From an uncultured delta proteobacterium (lineage in GTDB: Bacteria; Myxococcota_A; UBA9160; UBA4427): 64,000 bases of DNA. The notes under the pieces are model-generated. The model was not told where the DNA came from, ran no database searches, and saw nothing but the letters and a program-made list of their open reading frames with translations. The DNA is taken from contig CAWGJT010000014.1 of NCBI GenBank assembly GCA_963822965.1, positions 352,001 to 416,000 on the forward strand. Direction: 5' to 3'. Made by a program: the position numbers and the translations under genes. Positions 22,461 to 31,582 of the stretch are shown here, one piece after another (position 1 is the first letter of the stretch; each line of letters begins with the position of its first letter).

Positions 22461-23270
22461 ATGCTGGCCGATCGATCCGCTTCCCAGGCTGCGCTGGCGA
22501 TCCAGCGCTTCGGGCTGGGTGCCCGCCCCGGCGAGCAGCGGGAGGTGGCCCGGGATCCCCAGGGGCTGGCTCGCGGCCCAGCTCGTGCCCGAGCGGGAGC
22601 TGCCGGTCCCGCTCGACGAGCTTCCGTCCACCGGCGACGACGCCTGGGCGTTCTTCGGCTGGCTGATCGAGACCGGCATGGCGGCCCGGCGCGCCAAGCG
22701 CTGGGGCCGGCCCGTGCCCGACGCCATCGCCAGCCTCGAGGCGACCTTCCATCCGCGCTACGAGCGCGCGCTGGCCGCTCGCTTCCAGGTGGCCGCCGCC
22801 ACCGACACCCCGTTCCGCGAGCGGCTGGTGCACTTCTGGAGCGGCCACTTCGTGATCTCCGCGGTGCGCCCGGTGACCCTTGCGCTGCCGCCGTCCTTCG
22901 AGCGCGACGTGGTGCGCCCGCACGTCGTGGGCCGCTTCGAGGACATGCTGCTGGCGTCCACGAAGCACCCGGGCATGCTCCTCTATCTGGACAACGAGCG
23001 GAACCTGGGACCGCGCTCGAAGGAGGCCCGCGAGCCGCGCAAGCGGCTGTTCCAGCTCCCCATCGACCCGCCCACCGGCCTCAACGAGAACCTGGCGCGC
23101 GAGGTTCTCGAGCTGCACACGCTGGGTGTCCACGGCGGCTACACCCAGGCCGACGTCACCCGCTTCGCGAAGGTGCTGAGCGGCTGGCGGATTCGCGTGA
23201 GGCCCTTCTTCCGCGGCTTCTACGACGCCGAGGACCTGATGCGCTTCGACGCCGACTCCCACGAGCCGGG
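22461..23270 (+). pseudogene. DUF1800-family protein, 3'-truncated (plus a frameshift near 22562)
   Basis: RFGLGARPG, FRERLVHFWSGHF, HPGMLLYLDN, NENLAREVLELHTLG, YTQADV; similarity stops at HEPG, where the sequence becomes the glnK downstream hairpin. Confidence 0.75.
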
Positions 23271-23293
23271 TCCGCCGGGATTCCGGCGGGCCC
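23268..23293 (-). terminator. Hairpin downstream of glnK
   Basis: Minus strand GGGCCCGCCGG-AATC-CCGGCGGACCC beginning 6 nt after the stop; no U-tract. Confidence 0.5.
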
Positions 23294-23299
23294 GCCCGT

Positions 23300-23677
<378 letters not shown>

Positions 23678-24175
23678 TCAGACATGCTCGCGACCGGGTG
23701 ACAAGGACGCACCGGCGGGTGCCGCCCCGCCGAAGGCCGAGTTGGCGCTCGTCCCGAAGGCCGGGATGTCGTAGGCGTGCATTCCGTGCTCGCCGATGTC
23801 CAGCCCTTCCTCTTCCTCCTCCGGAGACACGCGCACGCCGAGGACCATCTTGATCGCGTACCAGACCACGAGCGAGCCCAGGAAGGTGAAGGCGCCCGCG
23901 TAGATGACGCCCTTGAGCTGGACCAGGGTCTGCGAGAAGCGCGAGAGCCCGGTGGCCAGCCCCGCGACGCTGGTGGCGACGCCGTCGTCGTAGAAGACGC
24001 CCAGCGCCAGGGTCCCCCAGACGCCGTTCACCAGGTGCACGCTCAGGGCGCCGACGGGGTCGTCGATCTTCAGCCGGTCGAAGGCCAGCACGGACACCAA
24101 GAGAGCGACCGTCGCGAACACCACCATTGCGATTCCGAGCGGTCGCAGCCGCCCGGACGAGGACCACGCGTTCAT
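23678..24175 (-). pseudogene. amt: Ammonium transporter with a large in-frame internal deletion (165 aa)
   Basis: Short leader MNAWSSSGRLRPLGIAMVVFATVALL fused to C-terminal Amt motifs KIDDPVGALSVHLVNGVWGTL, QLKG, GVRVSPEEEEEGLDIGEHGMHAY; most N-terminal helices are absent. Confidence 0.8.
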
Positions 24176-24294
24176 GCGCATTTCTCCAGGGGAGGGTTCG
24201 AGCTCGTGCGAGCTCCTTGGGTCGGAGCGACCCCGGGGAGGGGGCGTGGCTGCTCGCCCAGTGCGGGCATCCGCGTCGCGAGCCCCGCCCTTCA

Positions 24295-24310
24295 AGCAAG
24301 CGGTGTGCCA
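24295..24310 (-). promoter_or_regulatory. Sigma-54 (-24/-12) promoter for amt-glnK
   Basis: Minus strand TGGCAC-ACCGC-TTGCT, exact TGGCAC-N5-TTGC consensus, about 120 bp upstream of the amt start. Confidence 0.85.
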
Positions 24311-24597
24311 GGAGCCGCTCTCCCCGCCTCGCCGCATCGGACCGCGCCGGAGGTGGAGCGCCGATTCTCAACCGTACGGAAGCGGGCGGGATGGGGCGGG
24401 CTGCGGCACAGGCGTCCCCGACGACATGCCTACCGTCCGGGCAGGCTGCACACTCCCTGGGCGGCGCGGCCGCGGCACGGCCCCGAGCGGATGGCCCGGC
24501 GGTGGATCCTGCGGCGTTCGGGCCCCGCCAGCGGGACCCGCCCCCGGGTAGCGTATGCTCGGCGCATGGAGCGGGCGGGGGCCCAACGGGTCGGATC

Positions 24598-27150
24598 GTG
24601 AGACAACGCATCCTCACCGCATTGGGGCCGCTGCTCGGGCTCGGCTTGGTGACCGTGTCCGTGGTGGTCCTCCGCCACGAGCTGCTGACCTACCACCTGC
24701 GCGACGTCGTCGGGCACCTGCGTGGAACTCCCGGAACCGCGCTCGTCGTCGCACTGGTGCTGACGGTTCTCGGCTATCTGGCCCTCACGGGCTACGACGC
24801 GCTGGCCTTCCGCTACGTGCGCAACCCGCTGCCCTACCCGCGCATCGCCCTCTCGTCGTTCGTCGCCTTCGTGTTCAGCCACAACGTCGGGTTGTCCTTT
24901 CTCGGGGGCAGCGCGGTCCGCTATCGGATGCTCTCGAGCTGGGGCGTACGGGCCGACGACATCGCGCGGGTCATCGCGTTCGCCCTGCTCACCTTCTGGC
25001 TCGGATTCCTCCTGCTCGGCGGGCTCGTCCACACGTTCTGGCCCCTGGCCGTGGACCTTCCGGGCGTTCCCTTCGCCTCGACTCGTCCGCTCGGGGTGGG
25101 GCTGCTGGCCGTGCTGGCCGGCTACCTGGGCTGGGTGGTCCTGCGCGGTGAATCGTTCTTCGTGCGCGGCGTCCGCATCGAGCTTCCCGGCCTCTCCATG
25201 ACGGCCGCCCAGCTCGCGATCTCGACGATCGACTGGCTGCTGGCGTGCGGGGTCCTCTACGCGCTGATGCCCTCGTCGCCCGGCCTCTCGTTCCCGGCCT
25301 TGCTGGGCGTCTACCTGCTCGCGGTCTTCGTGGGTCTCGTCAGCCACGTGCCCGGCGGTCTCGGCGTGTTCGAGACGGTGATGGTGGTGCTCCTGCGACC
25401 GGCTCTTCCCGGCGACGAGGTCCTGGCTTCCATCCTCGCCTACCGGATCGTCTACTACCTGCTCCCGATGGCCGTCGCAATCGTGCTCTTCGTCGGGTAC
25501 GAGGTGCGCCAGAGCGCCGCCCGCCTCACCCGGGCGGCGGTCGCCGCCCAGGGATGGGTGGCCGCCGTCGCGCCCCGACTGCTCGCGCTGACGACCTTCT
25601 TCGCGGGAGCCGTGCTCCTGCTGTCCGGGGCGACGCCCGAGCTTCCCGAGCGGGTGGCCTGGCTCCGCGAGGCGCTCCCGCTTCCGCTGATCGAGATCTC
25701 GAAGCTGCTGGGGAGCGTCTTCGGCGTGCTCCTCCTGCTGCTGGCCAACGCGCTGCGCCAACGCATAGACGCCGCCTACTATGGAACCCTCGCCCTGCTG
25801 GTGGGGGGAATCGCCGCTTCGCTGCTGAAGGGGCTCGACTGGGAGGAATCCGCCATCCTCGGCGCCATGGGCCTCGCCCTGCTTCCGTGTCGATCCTTCT
25901 TCTATCGACGAAGCTCGCTTCTCGCGCAGCCGCTCTCGCCCGGCTGGTGGGTGGCGGTGGCCGTCGTCGGTCTGGGTGCCGTGTTCGCGCTCGAGCTCGC
26001 CTATCGCCACGTCGAGTACTCCCACGAGCTCTGGTGGCGCTTCGGTCCCGACGCGCAGGCCTCGCGTTCGCTCCGCGCCATGCTCGCGGCGGGCATGGCG
26101 CTTCTCGCGTTCGGAGGCGCCCGCCTGCTGCGACCTGCACCGCCGCTTCCGGATCTCCCCACCTCCCTCGATCTCGACCGCGCCCAGTCGATCTGCAACC
26201 AGAGCCCCCGGGTGAGCGGCTACCTGGCGCTCCTGGGCGACAAGGACCTCGTCTTCCACGAGGACGGGAACGCGTTCCTCATGTTCGGGGTGAGCGGCCG
26301 CACCTGGGTCGCGATGGGGGATCCGGTGGGCTCCGGGGCGGAACGCGAAGAGCTCGCCTGGCGCTTCCGCGAGCTGGCCGACCGCCACGGCGCTCGTGCC
26401 GTCTTCTACGAGGTCTCCGAAGAGGCGCTCCCGATCTACATCGATCTCGGGCTCGACCTTCGGAAGCTCGGTGAAGAGGCCCTGGTACCGCTCCGGTCCT
26501 TCTCGTTGGAGGGGAGCGCGCGAAAGGGTCTGCGCCAGTCCCAGAATCGCATGGCCCGCGAGGGGGTCGGCTTCGAGGTCGTTCCCACCTCGGGGGTGCC
26601 GCCCCTGCTCGACGAGCTCGAGGCGATCTCGAATTCCTGGCTCTCCCACAAGAACATGCGGGAGAAGCGCTTCTCGCTGGGCTTCTTCGATCGCGCCTAT
26701 CTCGCGCGCCTGCCCGTCGCGGTGGTCCGGAAGGCGGGCCGGATCGTCGCCTTCGCCAACGTCTGGCCGAGCGAGGCGCGGGTCGAGCTCTCCATCGACC
26801 TGATGCGCTATGACGAGAGCGCCCCGCCGGGCGTGATGGAGTATCTGTTCACCCAGCTCATGCTCTGGGGGCGGGCCGAGGGCTATGGCTACTTCAGCCT
26901 GGGGATGGCCCCTCTGTCCGGGTTCGAGCGCCGACCGCTCGCGCCGGTCTGGAATCGGCTGGGCGCGCTCCTCTTTCGTCACGGAGAGCATTTCTACAAC
27001 TTCCAGGGCCTCCGCACCTTCAAGGACAAGTTCGATCCCGAATGGCAGCCCCGCTACCTGGCGGCGCCCGGAGGTCTCGCCACGCCGCTGGTCCTCACCC
27101 GCATCGCGAGGCTGGTGTCGGGCGGCGTCTCAGGAGTCCTGACCCGATGA
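24598..27150 (+). CDS. mprF: Bifunctional aminoacyl-phosphatidylglycerol flippase/synthase
   Basis: YLALTGYD, GGSAVRYR, SHVPGGLGVFE, YRIVYYLLP, LLKGLDWEE; synthase domain LALLGDK, AMGDP, KLGEEA, EKRFSLG, IDLMRY, LGMAPLSG, FYNFQGLRTFKDKF. Confidence 0.95.
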   Translation: MRQRILTALGPLLGLGLVTVSVVVLRHELLTYHLRDVVGHLRGTPGTALVVALVLTVLGYLALTGYDALAFRYVRNPLPYPRIALSSFVAFVFSHNVGLSFLGGSAVRYRMLSSWGVRADDIARVIAFALLTFWLGFLLLGGLVHTFWPLAVDLPGVPFASTRPLGVGLLAVLAGYLGWVVLRGESFFVRGVRIELPGLSMTAAQLAISTIDWLLACGVLYALMPSSPGLSFPALLGVYLLAVFVGLVSHVPGGLGVFETVMVVLLRPALPGDEVLASILAYRIVYYLLPMAVAIVLFVGYEVRQSAARLTRAAVAAQGWVAAVAPRLLALTTFFAGAVLLLSGATPELPERVAWLREALPLPLIEISKLLGSVFGVLLLLLANALRQRIDAAYYGTLALLVGGIAASLLKGLDWEESAILGAMGLALLPCRSFFYRRSSLLAQPLSPGWWVAVAVVGLGAVFALELAYRHVEYSHELWWRFGPDAQASRSLRAMLAAGMALLAFGGARLLRPAPPLPDLPTSLDLDRAQSICNQSPRVSGYLALLGDKDLVFHEDGNAFLMFGVSGRTWVAMGDPVGSGAEREELAWRFRELADRHGARAVFYEVSEEALPIYIDLGLDLRKLGEEALVPLRSFSLEGSARKGLRQSQNRMAREGVGFEVVPTSGVPPLLDELEAISNSWLSHKNMREKRFSLGFFDRAYLARLPVAVVRKAGRIVAFANVWPSEARVELSIDLMRYDESAPPGVMEYLFTQLMLWGRAEGYGYFSLGMAPLSGFERRPLAPVWNRLGALLFRHGEHFYNFQGLRTFKDKFDPEWQPRYLAAPGGLATPLVLTRIARLVSGGVSGVLTR

Positions 27151-29010
27151 GTGAGACACCCAGCGAAGTCGCCGCGACCGGCACACCCGAGGCCTGGGAG
27201 TTCGCCGGATGGGGGCACGCCGAGCGCATTCCCGACCTGGCGAACCACGGCTTCACGGTCAAGCACCTGGATCAGCCCACCCGGCACACCCTGGGCACCT
27301 GGCGCGCGACGGCGATCTGCGCCAACGACATCACCTCGAGCGTCCTCTACGTCTCTGCACTCTGTGCTTCCCAGGCCGGTGTGCTCGCTCCCGTGGTGCT
27401 GTGCCTGGTGGCGGGTGTCCTCTACCTCTATCGCAAGGTCTACGCCGAGGTGGGGAGCGCGCTTCCGCTCAACGGCGGCACCTACACCCTGTTGCTCAAC
27501 ACGACGAACAAGCGGGTTGCCGCCGGGGCGGCCTGCCTCACGCTCCTCTCCTACATCGCCACCGCCGTGATCAGCGCCAGCGAGGCGATGCATTACGCCC
27601 ACAACCTCTGGGGCGGCCTGGACGTCTTCCCGGCGACGGTGACGCTGCTCGCGACCTTCGCCTTCCTGGGCATCCTGGGCATCAGCGAGTCGGCCGTCGT
27701 GGCGCTCGGCATCTTCATCCTCCACATGACGACCCTCACCATCCTGACCGTCGTCTGCGGCGTCGCCGTCGTGGGCGATCCGTCGCTCCTCGTCGCCAAC
27801 TGGCGCCTGCCCTCTCCCGACAGCCTGCCCCATGCGCTCTTCTTCGGCTTCGCAGCGGCGATGCTCGGCATCAGCGGCTTCGAGAGCTCCGCGAACTTCA
27901 TCGAAGAGCAGAAGGTGGGGGTCTTCCCGAAGACCCTGCGAAACATGTGGATCGCCGTCACCGTGTTCAACCCGTTGATCAGTCTGCTCTCCCTCGGGAT
28001 GCTCCCGCTGGCGCAGATCCAGGAGGTGCCGCCGGACCTGCTGGCGCGCATGGGCGACGTCGCGCTCGGCCGCCCGCTGGCGGTGCTGGTGAGCACCGAC
28101 GCGGCGCTGGTGCTCTCGGGTGCGGTGCTGACCAGCTTCGTGGGCGTGACGGGCCTGGTGCGCCGCATGGCTCTCGACCGCTGCCTGCCGCAGGTGCTAC
28201 TGCACGAAAACCGCTGGCGCAAGACGAATCACTGGATCCTGCTCGGCTTCTTCGGGCTCTGCACGTCGATCCTCGTGATCACGGCGGGTCGCATCGAGGC
28301 CCTGGCCGGGGTCTACACCCTCGCCTTCCTCAGCGTGATGGCGCTGTTCGCGGTGGGCAACATGTTGCTCAAGGCGCGTCGCGCCCGTCTGCCGCGCGAC
28401 GTGCGGGCGAGCTGGCCGACGGTCAGCACCGCCCTGTGCGCGGTCGTCGTGGGTCTCGTCGGCAACGTCGTCCTGGATCCGGTCAACCTCGAGATCTTCC
28501 AGGGCTACTTCGCCGCCACCCTGGTGGTCGTGGCCGTGATGTTCCTCCGCCTCGAGATCCTGAAGGTGGGCCTCTACGTCTCACGGGCGCTGGTGGCGCG
28601 ACTGACCACGGCCAGCAGCTGGATCCACGCCGCGGTCCTGAACCAGATCCAACGGATCAACGAGCGCCCGATGGTCTACTTCAGCAAGGGCGACGACATG
28701 GTCACCCTGAACCAGGCGGCTCTCTACGTGCTCGACAACGAGCAGACCTCGCGCCTGAAGGTGGTCTACGTCTACGAGGACGAGCAGCGAGGTCCCGTCG
28801 GATCTCGCGGATCACCTGCGGATCATCGATCACCTGTATCCCCGGCTCCGCATCGACTTCGTCGCCGTCAAGGGCGTCTTCGGGCCGGAGCTCGTCGAGT
28901 CGCTCTCCCGCAGGCTCGGCATCCCCAAGAACTACATGTTCATCGGAACCCCGGGCGACCGCTTCCCGCACCGCATCGAGGACCTGGGCGGCGTTCGAGT
29001 CGTGCTGTGA
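27147..29010 (+). CDS. APC-family amino acid permease with C-terminal soluble domain (frameshift near 28790)
   Basis: ATGA overlap with the mprF stop; ATAICANDITSSVLY, ALPLNGGTY, GISGFESSANFIEEQ, about 12 hydrophobic segments; tail IPKNYMFIGTPGDRFPH...GGVRVVL* in another frame. Confidence 0.88.
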
Positions 29011-29031
29011 GCTGCCGGCGCATGTCGTGCC

Positions 29032-29079
29032 CTTCGTGTCGCCCATGAGCTTCGTGTCGCCGAGGGTCTTCGTGTCGCC
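29032..29079. repeat. Three copies of CTTCGTGTCGCC at 18-bp period
   Basis: Exact 12-mers at 29032, 29050 and 29068 separated by different 6-mers (CATGAG, GAGGGT). Confidence 0.85.
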
Positions 29080-29211
29080 CAGCAACGGAGAGGCGTCGGC
29101 GCCCGGCAATCGCCGACCGGGAGCCTGCGCTCCCGCTCTCCCGACGGAGGCAGTGCGCTGAGTCGAGCGGCGAAGTGGCGACAGGTACTGCGGCTCCGGA
29201 ACGCACCGCTC

Positions 29212-29832
29212 GTGACGGTGACGGTGCTCGTCGTGTTGCTGGTCTGCGCCGCGGCCACGGGCAGCATCGGCTCGCGGCTGTCCCACGAAGAGCTGCAGCG
29301 CCTCGGGTGCGCGCCGATGGACCTCTTCTCCCGGCGCGCGTGGTGCGGCGTCACGTCGCTGGCCTTCACGTGGGGTGGGCCTTCCTTCCTCGGCCTGCTG
29401 CCGCTGGTCTTGCTCAGCCTCGGGCTCTGCGAGCGCGCCTTCGGCAGCCGCCGCACCGCGGGAATCTTCCTCGCGACGCATCTCTTCGCCTCCCTGGCCG
29501 AGGCGGCGCTCCTGACGGCGCTCTCACCGGTCCTGGGAAGCGCGACTTCGACGAGTCTCCTCACTGCGCGCGACGTCGGCCCCTCGGCCGGTTGCTTCGG
29601 CTGTCTGGGCGCGGCGATCGCCACCTGGCGCCCGTCGCGGCAGGCGCTGGCGGCAGGAGTCCTGCTGCTCTTCCTGGCGGCGATCTCGCTCTGGCGTCCC
29701 GACCCCGGGTTTGCGACGAGCACCCTCTGGATCTCGGACCTCTCCCATCCGACGGCGGCGCTGGCCGGCTGGGGCTGGGTCGGGCTCCGGCGGGCGGTCC
29801 GGTCGCAACCCGAGGCTCCTCGATCCGGGTGA
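29212..29832 (+). CDS. Rhomboid-like membrane protein (start uncertain)
   Basis: Multiple TM segments, ERAFGSRRT..FLATH, DVGPSAG (Ser) and DLSHP (His) motifs. Confidence 0.65.
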   Translation: MTVTVLVVLLVCAAATGSIGSRLSHEELQRLGCAPMDLFSRRAWCGVTSLAFTWGGPSFLGLLPLVLLSLGLCERAFGSRRTAGIFLATHLFASLAEAALLTALSPVLGSATSTSLLTARDVGPSAGCFGCLGAAIATWRPSRQALAAGVLLLFLAAISLWRPDPGFATSTLWISDLSHPTAALAGWGWVGLRRAVRSQPEAPRSG

Positions 29833-30014
29833 CGCGGGAAGCCCGTCCCGGGCCGACCGCGGGATCCCGCCTCCGGCTCGAGCCCCCAACGTCGAGCGGC
29901 TTCACCCGCCCGGTCGCTCCCGAAGCGAGACCCGGTCCGGTGGGTCAGCGGGCCGACTCCACCTCGTCTTCCGGGTCCTCGCGTGCCACCATGGCTCATG
30001 CGAGGGGTCCCCGC

Positions 30015-30893
30015 ATGACCGAAGTCGCCTCCGAGAGCCTGGACTTCGACCGATCGCTGATCGACGAGATCGACCACGTCGTCCGGCCGTTGAAGCGGCT
30101 GCTGAGCCCCGTCTCCCTCGGACTCGAGCACGTCCCGCGCGAGGGCGCCGTGCTGCTCACGGGAAACCACACGATCTACGGACTCGTCGACATTCCGATG
30201 CTCGGGCTCGAGATCTACGAGAAGACGGGCCGCACGGTGCGCGGGTCTGGGCGACCACAACCACTTCGCGCTGCCGATCTGGCGGGACCTGCTGCGCCGG
30301 ATCGGCGCCGTTCGCGGGACGCGCGAGAACTGCGCGCGCCTGTTCGAGGCGGGGGAGGCGGTGCTGGTCTTCCCCGGCGGCGGACGCGAGGTGATGAAGC
30401 ACAAGCACGAGCGGTACAAGCTGATCTGGAAGGAGCGCATCGGCTTCGCCCGTCTGGCCATCCAGTACGGCGTTCCGATCGTTCCCTTCGCCTCGGTGGG
30501 CGTCGAGGACATGTTCGAGATCGTGGTCGACGCCGAGGACATCCTGCGCTCGCCGGTCGGCGACCTGCTCGCGCGCCCTCGGGATCACCGAGCAGCCCTG
30601 GTTCCGACACGGCGAGATCATTCCGCCCATCGCCCGCGGGCAAGGGGCTCGGGACCGCTGCCGCGGCTCGAGCGCCAGTACTTCCTCTTCGGCGAGCCGA
30701 TCGACACGAAGCGCTACGCGGGCCGTCACGAGGACCGCGAAGCCTGCTTCGCGTTGCGCAGTTCGAGGTGCAGTCCGCGATCGAGACCCAGATCGCGCAG
30801 CTGCTCGAGCTGCGCGAGGCGGACCCGGAGCGCTACCCGATCCAACGCCTGCTGCGCCGGCTGTCGGCGAAGCTCGGAGCGAGGTCGGTCTGA
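30015..30893 (+). CDS. Lysophospholipid acyltransferase (PlsC/DGAT-like), frameshifted
   Basis: GLEHVP, LLTGNHT, VLVFPGGGRE, GFARLA, VPIVP, YFLFGEPID. Confidence 0.85.
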   Translation: MTEVASESLDFDRSLIDEIDHVVRPLKRLLSPVSLGLEHVPREGAVLLTGNHTIYGLVDIPMLGLEIYEKTGRTVRGSGRPQPLRAADLAGPAAPDRRRSRDARELRAPVRGGGGGAGLPRRRTRGDEAQARAVQADLEGAHRLRPSGHPVRRSDRSLRLGGRRGHVRDRGRRRGHPALAGRRPARAPSGSPSSPGSDTARSFRPSPAGKGLGTAAAARAPVLPLRRADRHEALRGPSRGPRSLLRVAQFEVQSAIETQIAQLLELREADPERYPIQRLLRRLSAKLGARSV

Positions 30894-30932
30894 CCGCGTC
30901 GCGCGCCGTCCCGGGGACGGCGGCGCGAGCGG

Positions 30933-31376
30933 TCAGGCGGAGTGTCCGGCGCGCGGGGTACCCCGCAGCGAGAGCACCAGCGCCGCCGCGACGAGCGGAA
31001 CCGCGATCAGCGAGGCGTAGGCCTCGGGGGGCCGGTGGCTGCTGGTCGGCGCCTTCAGCCACCCTATGTTCAGGGCCATGAGGCTGCGCTCGGCGAGCAC
31101 CAGGCCGAGCAGCAGGGGGACCAGATCCCGGTAGCGGCGTGAGACGACCAGCATCGCCGTGCCCCAGGCGAGCTGCGTCGCGCCGGCCCAGGCGAAGACC
31201 CCGACGATGACCGGGCCGCCGTGGGACAGGTCGAGCCCCGCGATGACCCCCGCTCCGCCGTCGGGCAGGGAGGTGTGGATCGCGCCCGGGACCACCGTCA
31301 GCACCCCGACGAGGGTCAGGAAGTGCGCCGCGAGGGGCGAGCCGTGGTATCGATCGTTGCGCGAGGGCGGCAGCAT
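30933..31376 (-). CDS. Small four-TM membrane protein
   Basis: Four hydrophobic segments, IHTSLPDGGAGVIAG and HRPP motifs; GGAG RBS. Confidence 0.7.
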   Translation of the reverse strand: MLPPSRNDRYHGSPLAAHFLTLVGVLTVVPGAIHTSLPDGGAGVIAGLDLSHGGPVIVGVFAWAGATQLAWGTAMLVVSRRYRDLVPLLLGLVLAERSLMALNIGWLKAPTSSHRPPEAYASLIAVPLVAAALVLSLRGTPRAGHSA

Positions 31377-31582
31377 GACGCGCGGTCTCCCCTCGTGGCA
31401 CCATCAGCGCCCGTCAGGGGCGCAAGCACTGTACACCGGCGCCGCGCGTCGTGCGCCGTCGCCCGCGCTCGAGGAGCCATTGGCCCGGGTCCCCGCCGGG
31501 TACGGCACTCCGGAGCGGAACGTGGTACCCCCTGCTCCGCCGGCGCCGGCCGCGCCCCGTCGCGCTGGACATCGGGAGCCCC

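Noticed and set aside
29032..29079. Possible mini-CRISPR
   Set aside because: 12-bp repeats with 6-bp spacers are far too short and no cas genes are present.
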